Assembly (NCBI GenBank): GCA_050749785.1
Contig: JBOGSA010000007.1
Location: 1 to 44,680 of the forward strand
Source of the DNA: Candidatus Micrarchaeales archaeon
GTDB lineage: Archaea > Micrarchaeota > Micrarchaeia > Micrarchaeales > CABMGC01
DNA: 44,680 nucleotides
Reading direction: 5' to 3'
This document shows positions 1 to 8,777 of the stretch, one piece after another (positions within the stretch are counted from its first letter, which is position 1; each line of letters opens with the position of its first letter). The notes under the pieces are model-generated. The model was given only the letters and a program-made list of their open reading frames with translations. It did not search any database and was not told the DNA's origin. A program made the translations under genes and the position numbers.

Positions 1-1
1 C

Positions 2-2257
2 CAGATAGCAAGCAAGCTCAATGTGTCGCAGCGCACTGTGAGACGCGCTGCGCAGCTTCTTGAGGATGCTAAAAAGGCTGAGCTCTTGGATGGGAGGTCC
101 AGGACAGGCATCGCAGCAGCCGCGATATACATCGCATGCGTGATGGAGGGTGAGACTGTCACGCAACGAAACGTGTCAAATGCCTCGAAAATCAGCGAAG
201 TGACGATAAGGCACCACCAGCAGCTGTTTGTAAAAGGGCTCAAGCTAGTCATCCTAAAAGCTTCCGATTCAAAGCGACCTAGGCGCCGCACCGCACAAAG
301 GCATGGCAAATCGGATTCTACGTTCGCAGTCCAAAACCTAGATACGGCGTTGAAGACGATCAACGCCGCAGGAAAGAGCCCGACTCTTTTGGGCGCACTC
401 AAGAACAGCGTCCAGGATAGAAAGCTTATCAGGGGGCTGCATGCGGTCGAAGCGCTCGGCAAAAAACTTGGCCTTGATGAGAAATACATCAATCAGGCAC
501 ACGAACTATACCAAAGCGCATATTATGGCGGAACTTGGAATGGAAAGAGGGCCATGAGACTGACAATAGCGGCGATACAAGCGACCTGCACCCTGAACTA
601 TATCACAATTTCTGAAGAGGAATTTTTATCTAGAGCGGACCTAACAAAGGAAAATCTGCTTGCAGGTCTAAGAACGCTCAAAAGGCAAAAGCTGATCACG
701 CCAAAAGGCTACCTGCCGCGCGCAGTATCCGCGCTCAACCTTTCCAAAGAGACTGAGGCACGCGCATCAGAACTAATAGACAAGATCGAGGAGGCGAAAA
801 TCTGGAAAAGGGCAGATCCACTAAAAATCGCCGCAGTTGCAGCATATTTTGCTCTTGCCGAGATGGGAAAGAGGAGAACTAAAAGAGATGTCAGCACCAC
901 CATGAAAATAGGCCAGGCGAATTTCACCAGGGGGGCACGGAAAATAAACAAGCAGTTAAAGCTTAATTTAGATGCACACACAAAGATCGAAAAAATAATG
1001 GCCCTTGAATATCGTGCCACGGAAATCGCGAAGGTCCTCGAAAGATTGCCCGACATTAAAAATGCCCTAAACCTTCCCGATTCAATCCTTTCTAGATCAA
1101 AGGAGCTGCTAAACATGGCTGCGGAAAAGAACGTACTCGGTTTTATGCATAGCAAAACGGCGCTTGCATGCTGCATACGACTTGCATGCATTGAATCTAA
1201 GCAGCAAGTAGAATCCTTGAAAATATGCAAGGCGATTTCAGCCAATGAATCTAGTATATCAGCAGCCACATGGAAGATAGACAAAGGTCTAGGCCTAAAT
1301 CTAAGAACAGCAGGCAAGGTTTATTGTAAAGGTGATTTTACCGACCCAAAGGCACACGTGCTTAAAATTGGGGAGACATTGAACCTATCAAGTCATGTGA
1401 CATCACGTGCCGAAGAACTGCTTGTAAAGGTACAGGAAAAGAAAATTTTCCTCCGCCGGTCTTCGCGAGTTATCGCCTTAACGGTTTTATACTTCGCTGC
1501 CCAGGGGACTGAGCAGAAAATGACACAAAAATCTCTAGCTGACGCTGGAAAAATAAATCCATCTTCGCTGCATAGTGCATTAGCCGAACTCAGCGAGGCA
1601 TTTGGAATAGAGACAAGACACAAAGCAACTCAGGAGGAACGAGCCCAAAAAATAAGGGAGGCAAGCCAGAGGCAAAAAAAGAAGCTAAAGGATAGCAGAG
1701 TTAAGGAGCTTGGAAACTTTGCGTTAAAGCTAACCGACACCCTAAACTTAGATTCAACCTCCGCTGAAGAGGCAAAACGTATCTGGAGTATGGCAAAAGA
1801 CAAACAGGTGATTCAAGGCAGGGACGAAGCCGGGATCCTCTGCGCGGCGGTTTACGCAGCATGCAGGCTCAAAGACTCCTTCCACAGCCTTAGAGAGATC
1901 GTATCGAGGGCTAACGAACTCAATGGCAAATCATTTGATTACGGAGTAATAGCAGGGTACTACAATACGCTAATACAAGAACTTGAGATAAAGATGCCTC
2001 CCCCAGACATCGCAACAGGAGTTCTGCAGTTAGCGCAAAGGTGCGATGTATCAGAGTCGACAAAGAATATGGCCCTTAAAATATTGAAAAGAGTCGGAGA
2101 TGAAGTGGTTGGCGCAAACCCATACACCCTTTCCGGAGCAATACTTTATGGGGCTGCTCGCCTGAGCGGCAACCTAAAGACACAGGCGGAGATAGCAAGA
2201 GTAACCGGGGTAAGCGAAGTTTCTCTGCGCAACAACATTAAGAAATTGAATGTGTAA
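2..2257 (+). CDS. TFIIB/TFB-related protein built from at least 8 tandem cyclin-fold repeats; the 5' end lies outside the window
   Basis: The frame is open from nt 2: QIASKLNV precedes the track's GTG at 23. Repeated ~90-aa units each carry the TFB cyclin-box pattern: a helix (LNLS/LNLP/LNLD...), then GR/KR-x-x-x-(I/L)AAA-x-(I/L)Y-x-A, then a (T/S)-x-x-E/D-I/V helix. Examples are RSRTGIAAAAIYIACV, KRAMRLTIAAIQATC, ADPLKIAAVAAYFALA, SKTALACCIRLAC, SSRVIALTVLYFAAQ, DEAGILCAAVYAACR and NPYTLSGAILYGAARL...GVSEVSLRNNIKKL. Confidence 0.75.
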   Translation, partial: QIASKLNVSQRTVRRAAQLLEDAKKAELLDGRSRTGIAAAAIYIACVMEGETVTQRNVSNASKISEVTIRHHQQLFVKGLKLVILKASDSKRPRRRTAQRHGKSDSTFAVQNLDTALKTINAAGKSPTLLGALKNSVQDRKLIRGLHAVEALGKKLGLDEKYINQAHELYQSAYYGGTWNGKRAMRLTIAAIQATCTLNYITISEEEFLSRADLTKENLLAGLRTLKRQKLITPKGYLPRAVSALNLSKETEARASELIDKIEEAKIWKRADPLKIAAVAAYFALAEMGKRRTKRDVSTTMKIGQANFTRGARKINKQLKLNLDAHTKIEKIMALEYRATEIAKVLERLPDIKNALNLPDSILSRSKELLNMAAEKNVLGFMHSKTALACCIRLACIESKQQVESLKICKAISANESSISAATWKIDKGLGLNLRTAGKVYCKGDFTDPKAHVLKIGETLNLSSHVTSRAEELLVKVQEKKIFLRRSSRVIALTVLYFAAQGTEQKMTQKSLADAGKINPSSLHSALAELSEAFGIETRHKATQEERAQKIREASQRQKKKLKDSRVKELGNFALKLTDTLNLDSTSAEEAKRIWSMAKDKQVIQGRDEAGILCAAVYAACRLKDSFHSLREIVSRANELNGKSFDYGVIAGYYNTLIQELEIKMPPPDIATGVLQLAQRCDVSESTKNMALKILKRVGDEVVGANPYTLSGAILYGAARLSGNLKTQAEIARVTGVSEVSLRNNIKKLNV

Positions 2258-2271
2258 GTGAGTGTGATACC

Positions 2272-3234
2272 TTGGCTCAAATCTTAGAAAAAAGGGAAAA
2301 GAAGCATTCTGTAGATGATCACCTCAGGGATACCCAAGAGGCTGATCTCACAAAACTGTGCACCGACATTCATAGGGGAGAGAACTTCTGCCAAGAGTGC
2401 GGGTTTGTGTCTCCGATACCAATCTACGATACTAGGCCAGAGAGGACAAGAGAAAGTGAGATAGCCTATGGCCACAGGGATTACTATTTCGGAAAATCCT
2501 CATACATTCCAGCAACAAAAAGAGATTCTGGTGGACTGACAATATCGACATCTATTCAACAGAAATTTTACAACCTGCGCATCTGGGACAACAGGATAGA
2601 TAACGACTCTGATAGGGCACTAAACAAAGTATATTCTACCTTAATGAAATGCAGCGACAAACTAAGCATTACAGATCAAATGGTCAAGGAGGCATTCACT
2701 TTTTTCAGAAAACCGCAGATACGGGAGAAGGCCCGCGGAAGGGCAACAGATGGAATGGCGCTTGCCGCTCTCTACCAGATTTGCGAGAACCATAAGCTAG
2801 GCATTACGATGAGCGAGCTTTCTGATGTGATAGGACTAAGCACAAAAACGCTTTTCAGCTGTGTTCGTAGCATCAAGGAAGCGCTGCCATTGCCGAAGGA
2901 AGACGGGGCAGGCGGGGCGGTAGGCACATCAGTATCTGGAACGAAATTCATCTCCAAGATCGCATCCGTTGCAGGGATATCAGTAAAGAACTCGAGAATT
3001 GCATTTGAGCTGCTTGACAGATTGGAAAAGGAGACGACTTACACCCAAGGAAAGAATCCCAAAGCGCTCGCAGCCTCAATGATTTATTATGTTGAGATAA
3101 AGGACGCGCAGAGCGATATATCGCAAAAGGATATCGCAGATGCCGCATGCATAACAACTGTCACAATAAGAAACAGGGTATTGGAGCTTCAAGAAATAGT
3201 GGAGTCTCTGTCTAATTTTTCTTTTCCGGTTTGA
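2272..3234 (+). CDS. tfb: Transcription initiation factor B (TFB) paralog with a variant N-terminal zinc ribbon
   Basis: 320 aa. The N-terminus reads C-x3-H-x6-C-x2-C (LCTDIHRGENFCQECGFV). Two cyclin repeats follow (GRATDGMALAALYQIC..., KNPKALAASMIYYVE...ACITTVTIRNRVLEL). The track start is TTG. Confidence 0.8.
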   Translation: MAQILEKREKKHSVDDHLRDTQEADLTKLCTDIHRGENFCQECGFVSPIPIYDTRPERTRESEIAYGHRDYYFGKSSYIPATKRDSGGLTISTSIQQKFYNLRIWDNRIDNDSDRALNKVYSTLMKCSDKLSITDQMVKEAFTFFRKPQIREKARGRATDGMALAALYQICENHKLGITMSELSDVIGLSTKTLFSCVRSIKEALPLPKEDGAGGAVGTSVSGTKFISKIASVAGISVKNSRIAFELLDRLEKETTYTQGKNPKALAASMIYYVEIKDAQSDISQKDIADAACITTVTIRNRVLELQEIVESLSNFSFPV

Positions 3235-4657
3235 CCGTGGGAAAGAGGATTGTGTCCTTTATCGAAGGAGCATCGGCTATTAGCATCACGAGTCTGTCTA
3301 TCCCAAAACCCAATCCAGCAGTCGGGGGCATTCCATATTCTATTGCCTCAAGGAAATCTTGATCTGTAGGTGCAGCCTCAACATCGCCCCTCTTTCTCTC
3401 ACCCTCCTGGTCCTCGAACTTCTTCCTCTGTTCAACAGGATCAGTAAGTTCCGAGAAGCAGTTTGCAACCTCCTTGCCGTTTATGAAAAGTTCAAACCTC
3501 TCACTGAGCTTCGGGTTGCTACGCTTGTCCTTTGTCAGCGGGCACATGTATCCAGGGAAGTCGACCACAAATGTCGGGTCCTTTAGCCCTGGCTGCACAT
3601 ATTTGTCGAAAAGCGCATCAGCGACATGAATCGCATTTTTTATCGGAATATCAAGTTCCTCCTTCTTTGCAACCTTTATTGCACTTTCATCTGTCAGTGT
3701 GGAGATGTCTATTCCAGACTCTTTCTTTATCGCATCGACCAGATAGACCTTCTTGAATGGCGGCTTGAAATTTATCTTCGAACCCTGATATTCGATCTCA
3801 TGGCTTCCCTTTATTTTTTTCACGAGCCCGCCAAGCAACTCCTCTGTCATCTTCATGAATTCATTGTAATCGGCGTATGCCTGGTAGAATTCAAGCGCAG
3901 TGAATTCCGGGTTGTGGTTTGCGTCAACCGCCTCGTTCCTGAAATCCTTGGATATCTCGTACACCTTCTCCATCCCGCCGATTATCAACCTCTTCAGATA
4001 CAGCTCATCTGCAATCCTCAGATAGAACTCAGTTCCCAGATAGTTGTGGTGCGTAACGAAAGGTTTTGCGGCAGCTCCCCCGTAGACTGACTGCAGGATC
4101 GGCGTCTCAACTTCAAGATATCCACGCTCATCAAGAAACTTCCTTATGTAGCTTATAACGGCAGCACGCGTGGCGAAAGTCTTCCTTGATTCACCGTTCA
4201 TTATCAGATCAAGGTATCTTTTCCTGTATCTCGTCTCTATGTCCGTGAGTCCATGGAACTTCTCCGGCAAAAATCTGAGCGATTTCGCAAGCATCTCTAC
4301 AGAGCTGACCTCTACGCTTATCTCCCCGCGTTTGCTCTTTGAAACTTTTCCTTCGATCCCAACAATATCGCCTATGTCCGTGAGTTTCACAGTCTCAGAA
4401 GAGCTCTTGTCGAGATCCTCAGTTTTTATAATCAGCTGTATCTTTCCCGATCCGTCAAGAAGATCGGCGAAATAGAGCTTGCCCATCTCCCTCATTCCAG
4501 TCAGCCTGCCAGCAACGCTCACCGTCTTGCCCTCAAACTTCCCAAAATTCCCCTTTATCTCCTCAGCGTGGTGTGTCTGCTCGTAAGAATAAGGATAAGG
4601 GTCTATCTTCATTGACCGCAGCTTCTTTGCCTTCTCAAGCTTTACGGAATCGACCAA
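3212..4657 (-). CDS. lysS: Lysyl-tRNA synthetase, class II
   Basis: N-terminal OB-fold region, class II motif 2 (KDFRNEAVDANHNPEFTALEFY) and motif 3 (GLGFGIDRLVMLI). TTG start per the track. The 3' end overlaps the tfb paralog convergently. Confidence 0.9.
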   Translation of the reverse strand: MVDSVKLEKAKKLRSMKIDPYPYSYEQTHHAEEIKGNFGKFEGKTVSVAGRLTGMREMGKLYFADLLDGSGKIQLIIKTEDLDKSSSETVKLTDIGDIVGIEGKVSKSKRGEISVEVSSVEMLAKSLRFLPEKFHGLTDIETRYRKRYLDLIMNGESRKTFATRAAVISYIRKFLDERGYLEVETPILQSVYGGAAAKPFVTHHNYLGTEFYLRIADELYLKRLIIGGMEKVYEISKDFRNEAVDANHNPEFTALEFYQAYADYNEFMKMTEELLGGLVKKIKGSHEIEYQGSKINFKPPFKKVYLVDAIKKESGIDISTLTDESAIKVAKKEELDIPIKNAIHVADALFDKYVQPGLKDPTFVVDFPGYMCPLTKDKRSNPKLSERFELFINGKEVANCFSELTDPVEQRKKFEDQEGERKRGDVEAAPTDQDFLEAIEYGMPPTAGLGFGIDRLVMLIADAPSIKDTILFPTVKPEKKN

Positions 4658-4735
4658 TGCAGCACCAATACGGATTCGTAGATAAGATATAAATAAACCC
4701 AGATTTTATTCCGCCGAACCTATCTGATTAGAATT

Positions 4736-4813
4736 TGGTGGGCCTGGAGGGATTTGAACCCCCGACTTAGAGGTTAAAAGCCTCCCACTCTGGCCAAGCT
4801 GAGTTACAGACCC
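4736..4813 (-). tRNA. tRNA-Lys (anticodon TTT), CCA encoded
   Basis: Hand fold: acceptor GGGTCTG/CAGGCCC, D stem ACTC/GAGT, anticodon stem GGAGG/CCTCT with loop CTTTTAA, T arm GGGGG-TTCAAAT-CCCTC, discriminator A followed by CCA. Confidence 0.9.
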
Positions 4814-4915
4814 ACTACTAGATATGCAGGTTATGATATTTAAAAGAATTACCAGCGGCTCTATACATGCAAGCAATGTTTTTATACTAAGCTGTGATAT
4901 AGAATTGGAGATAAC

Positions 4916-5056
4916 ATGGAAGCATATTGCATGAAGTGTAAGGAAAAGAGGCAGATGAAGGACGCAAAGCAGGTCACGATGAAGAACGGAAGGCCGGCGA
5001 TGTCGGGCTCATGCCCTGTCTGCGGAACAAAAATGTTCAAGATCGGCGGGAAGTAA
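4916..5056 (+). CDS. Small zinc-ribbon protein (DUF5679-like), 46 aa
   Basis: ATG ORF below the track's length cutoff: MEAYCMKCKEKRQMKDAKQVTMKNGRPAMSGSCPVCGTKMFKIGGK. It has two CxxC pairs, the pattern I recognise for DUF5679. An AT-rich promoter-like stretch lies upstream. Confidence 0.6.
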   Translation: MEAYCMKCKEKRQMKDAKQVTMKNGRPAMSGSCPVCGTKMFKIGGK

Positions 5057-5133
5057 TCGATAAAAAGCTCACCGTCAATAGCATCAAGAGTTTTGCGGAG
5101 CTATTGCACATTCCTTTTATTTTGAAGGAGGTT

Positions 5134-6450
5134 TTACCCTCCCAGATCACCGACATACTTGAGTGTGTCTGTGCTTCCCGGTTTATTCGGCGATCCTGAA
5201 ACTATAATGTACTTGTTTATCCTGTTCTGTTTTGCTATTTTGGCCACAAGTTCAAGCATCTCGTCCATGCTGTTGTACTTTTTCATCGGCATGCATCTTA
5301 TCCCATAGTAGACGCTGAGCAGCTTCCTCACTTTCTGGTCAATTACAAGGGCTACCGTATCGGTCTTCGGCCTAAGCCCTGAGATAATCTTTGCTGTCGT
5401 ACCCCCTCTTGTTGGTATGAAGATGCAATCCGTTCTGTACGAATCAGCAAGATCAGAAGCAGCAAGTGCAATTCCAACATTTAGCTTCTTGATAGTCTGG
5501 CGGCGCTGCACTGGGTTTGCTATCATCGAGTTCTCTGCAACACGTGCGGCCCTTGCAAGGAAATTGACCGCAGCTTCTGGATACTTCCCGATTATTGTCT
5601 CGTCGCTGAGCATCAGGCAGTCCACTCCTTCCCTTACTGCACTTGCTATGTCATTTACCTCAGCCCTTGTAGGAGTCGGATTATTTATCATGCTCGTAAG
5701 AAGTTGAGTGGCGACGATGACAGGCTTTCCAACTTCCCGAGCCGCAGCTATTATTACTCTCTGCACGTCAGGGATATGCTCTAGACTTACCTGTTCGGCA
5801 AGGTCTCCACGTGCAACCATCACAGCATCAGCCGCGCGCACTATCTCATCTATTTTTCGCACAGCATCACGCTGCTCTATCTTTGCTATTATGCACATGC
5901 TTCCGCTTGCTTTTCTAAGTTCCTTTATGTCGTTAGCCGACCTTACAAAAGAGATGCCGACGAAGTCAAAACCCAACTTAGATGCGAATCTTGCAAGTTC
6001 CATGTCGATTGGCGTTGGCGCCTTCAGGTTCATTGTCAATCCTAGAAGTGTTAATCCCTTTCTTTTCGAAATGATGCCATCTTCAAGTGCTCTGGAAATA
6101 ACCGTTGTCCCTTTTATCTCTTTAACCTGGAACCTAGCAACACCATCGCCAATTTCAATAATTGCCCCCTTTCTTGCGTCCTTGTGAAACAAAGCATAGG
6201 AAACCTTTATCGTTCCACTTGCACCGTTGCTAGAAAATTTGATGATTTCCCCACGCTTAACGCTTATAGGTGTGTCAACCTTTTCCACCCGAACTTTCGG
6301 TCCTGGTAAGTCTGCAAAGAGCGCAACCTCCTTCTTTAGTTCTGCAGCTGCCTGCCTGATTCTTTTCACAGCTTCAATCCAGCTCTTCTTGTCTCCGTGG
6401 GAGAAGTTGATCCTTATTATGTCGGCGTGCTTGAGAACATGCCTAAGCAC
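5134..6450 (-). CDS. pyk: Pyruvate kinase; the true N-terminus probably lies upstream of the annotated GTG (see findings)
   Basis: RINFSHG, IIAKIEQRDAV and MVARGDLAEQV motifs. The in-frame upstream sequence to 6501 encodes IKTKLIVTYGPSISNEI, the conserved first strand of pyruvate kinases. Confidence 0.85.
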   Translation of the reverse strand: MLRHVLKHADIIRINFSHGDKKSWIEAVKRIRQAAAELKKEVALFADLPGPKVRVEKVDTPISVKRGEIIKFSSNGASGTIKVSYALFHKDARKGAIIEIGDGVARFQVKEIKGTTVISRALEDGIISKRKGLTLLGLTMNLKAPTPIDMELARFASKLGFDFVGISFVRSANDIKELRKASGSMCIIAKIEQRDAVRKIDEIVRAADAVMVARGDLAEQVSLEHIPDVQRVIIAAAREVGKPVIVATQLLTSMINNPTPTRAEVNDIASAVREGVDCLMLSDETIIGKYPEAAVNFLARAARVAENSMIANPVQRRQTIKKLNVGIALAASDLADSYRTDCIFIPTRGGTTAKIISGLRPKTDTVALVIDQKVRKLLSVYYGIRCMPMKKYNSMDEMLELVAKIAKQNRINKYIIVSGSPNKPGSTDTLKYVGDLGG

Positions 6451-6524
6451 AATCTCGTTGCTTATGCTCGGCCCGTATGTAACAATCAGCTTTGTCTTTA
6501 TCGTTTTATCGCCTTGACTTTAAG

Positions 6525-6596
6525 CGCCCTAAGCAGGGATCGAACCTGCGACCTACTGGTTAACAGCCAGTCGCTCTACCACTGAGCTATTAGGGC
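6525..6596 (-). tRNA. tRNA-Asn (anticodon GTT)
   Basis: Hand fold: acceptor GCCCTAA/TTAGGGC, D arm GCTC-AGTGGTA-GAGC, anticodon arm ACTGG-CTGTTAA-CCAGT, T arm GCAGG-TTCGATC-CCTGC, discriminator G, no encoded CCA. Confidence 0.9.
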
Positions 6597-6601
6597 ACGT
6601 T

Positions 6602-7291
6602 TTATTCTTTGAAGAACGCAAATTGCTGAGCAAGATTTATTATCTTCACGTAAAGATAAGAGTGCTCGCCGAAATCGTTCGAGAAGTCAACGGCGTTTGT
6701 TGCGAACTTGTACCGCGCAAAGCCGTACTTCATCTTAACATTGGAGATTGAATAATAAAAGGTTTTCTTCTCCCCTGAGAGCTCCTCTACGATATCGAAC
6801 GCGCCCAAGACCGTCTTGCCCTTGTACGGGAAAGCATACAGGTATTCTATTCCCTCGCGCATGGCGCCTCGCTTTATCGCGCTCTTCACCATGTCATCGA
6901 TTTTCTTTATGCGAACGCAGCCGATATCCTTTATCGCCGTCGATTTGGCGGGCTTGAATTTTGAGAGGTCTATGTCAATTAAGTTTGTGTACGAACTGCC
7001 ATTCTGCTGCTCGAAGCTACTCACGAATTCTACTCTGTTCTGCTGCTCGGTTCCGTAAACGTAACGTATGGTATCGGCTTCGACCTTTATGTCCTTGTAA
7101 AGAGCAATCACCTTGCTTCCCAGTGATTCAGCAAGTGCAATGACTCTGTGTTTGCCCCCAGAATTCCATATCAGCAGTTCTCTTGCAGATGTATCAAACC
7201 TTGATGAGAAGCGCGCAATGTCCTCTATGGTGTCTGCTTCAGTGTAGAGCAGTTCCTTTCCCCCTTTATCCTTCTTTGCCTCCTTTGCCAT
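6602..7291 (-). CDS. Hypothetical protein
   Basis: Long ORF with host-like composition. I prefer the ATG at 7291 (MAKEAKKDKGG...), which avoids overlap with the upstream gene ending at 7296. The track start is 7336. I recognised no motif. Confidence 0.55.
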   Translation of the reverse strand: MAKEAKKDKGGKELLYTEADTIEDIARFSSRFDTSARELLIWNSGGKHRVIALAESLGSKVIALYKDIKVEADTIRYVYGTEQQNRVEFVSSFEQQNGSSYTNLIDIDLSKFKPAKSTAIKDIGCVRIKKIDDMVKSAIKRGAMREGIEYLYAFPYKGKTVLGAFDIVEELSGEKKTFYYSISNVKMKYGFARYKFATNAVDFSNDFGEHSYLYVKIINLAQQFAFFKE

Positions 7292-7295
7292 AGAC

Positions 7296-8135
7296 TCACG
7301 TTGTGTTAAAATAAGAGAGCACGTAGTGGATTGCAAGCATCACTGCATATGTCGGCTCGTAGATTATCGGCGACAGATCCACTCCTTGTCCTATGGCTGA
7401 AAAGTCGTTGAACAAGCTTGCCTGCGCTACCATATTTATCCGATATGACTTGGAGATCAGCGCGCTTGTTGCGGAATTAATTGTTATGTTGTAATTGTAA
7501 ACTCCCGGTACGTCAACGAAAACGGGATAGACAAAAGAGCTTGTGGTTGAGTGCAGTGCGATGACCACATCCGACACATTCCATCCTGCCAAGCCGTAGG
7601 CGTTTATCAGGAAAGGATCATCGGATATGCCTGTGTTGTTTATCGTAACCCTTAGGTTGTAGGGCTGCCCTGTTCCAACGTTGAAATTTGTTGGGGTTAC
7701 GCTGGTTGTGAATACATTTGTTGTCACATTCACAATCGCCATGAAAGTCAGATTGCCAAGTCTGGAATAGTTTCCTACATTAACCGCCTGCAACTGCAGT
7801 GTGTATGTCCCGTTAACCGTGTTGGGCGCTGTTGTTATCTTGAGCTTCATCGGATTCTCATAAAGCGGAGACGCCTGAGCCGACCACCCATAAGGAAGGT
7901 TTATCGCCTTGAATGTGTTCCAGCCGATGTTTATCACCTTGCCGCTCGCATTTGTCGTGGTTGCGGAGGCAAGCACATAGAAGCTCTCCCCAGGCCCTAC
8001 CTTTCCGAGGTATACGCTGCCGTTGTTGTATAGTGTGCCGGTAACAGGTCCTTGTATCTGTAGATAAGTCGCATTGACAAAAGATACGAGTACGAGCGCT
8101 GTGAATAGACCTGCAAAAAGCGAAATTCCTCTCAT
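7296..8135 (-). CDS. Secreted, probably N-glycosylated surface protein with a C-terminal hydrophobic anchor
   Basis: Signal-peptide-like N-terminus (MRGISLFAGLFTALVLVSFVNA from the ATG at 8135; the track GTG is at 8144). More than 10 N-x-S/T sequons (NATY, NGSV, NASG, NGTY, NYSR, NLTF, NVTT, NNTG, NVSD, NITI). Hydrophobic C-terminal segment. Confidence 0.6.
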   Translation of the reverse strand: MRGISLFAGLFTALVLVSFVNATYLQIQGPVTGTLYNNGSVYLGKVGPGESFYVLASATTTNASGKVINIGWNTFKAINLPYGWSAQASPLYENPMKLKITTAPNTVNGTYTLQLQAVNVGNYSRLGNLTFMAIVNVTTNVFTTSVTPTNFNVGTGQPYNLRVTINNTGISDDPFLINAYGLAGWNVSDVVIALHSTTSSFVYPVFVDVPGVYNYNITINSATSALISKSYRINMVAQASLFNDFSAIGQGVDLSPIIYEPTYAVMLAIHYVLSYFNTT

Positions 8136-8185
8136 TTTAACCACTAACCATTAAATCTTTAAAATTAAAAATCAGTAGGTTCTTC

Positions 8186-8770
8186 TCAGCGAACCTGCCT
8201 GAGCTTTGATACCAGAATGTTGACGTTCCTTGCAAGCATCACAGGTGTGTCAGTGTTGAATACAATGTAGTCTGTCATCCCAAACAGCCTGTCTATTCCT
8301 GCGCCCGCTCCCTTCTTTGTCGAAACGCCGTATCCTCTCCTTTCAAGTTTCTCGCGCTCAGAGAATTTGCTCATGCTTGTTGGATCATCTACTCTTCCTC
8401 TATCATGCAATCTCTCGAATCTTGTCTGGAGAGGTGAAACTATTCCTATAATGTAGAATTTCTTTAGCGTCTTCTTGAAGTATTTCACCTCGTAAAGGTC
8501 GCGCACGCCGACTATCGCCACATTCTTGTTATTTTTTACATAAGGCGCGATCTTCTTCGCAGCCATCCTTGCCACTATGTCCCTTCCAAATCTGCTTCGC
8601 ATCTTTATTGAATATTTCCTGATGTTATCGCCAAGCGGCTTCATCTTCTCCTGCCGCATCTTCTCCCTGACCTGGTCACCCATCTCTATGAGGTGAAAAC
8701 CCTTCCTCTTGAGAATTTTTGCAACAGTGCTCTTTCCAGAGCCAGGCAATCCAATCACGCAAACTATCAT
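8186..8770 (-). CDS. P-loop nucleotide kinase-like protein (UPF0200 / dephospho-CoA-kinase-like family)
   Basis: The N-terminal Walker A, MIVCVIGLPGSGKSTVAKIL, is followed by GFHLIEMGDQVRE. This resembles archaeal UPF0200 proteins. Confidence 0.6.
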   Translation of the reverse strand: MIVCVIGLPGSGKSTVAKILKRKGFHLIEMGDQVREKMRQEKMKPLGDNIRKYSIKMRSRFGRDIVARMAAKKIAPYVKNNKNVAIVGVRDLYEVKYFKKTLKKFYIIGIVSPLQTRFERLHDRGRVDDPTSMSKFSEREKLERRGYGVSTKKGAGAGIDRLFGMTDYIVFNTDTPVMLARNVNILVSKLRQVR

Positions 8771-8777
8771 ATCATCA

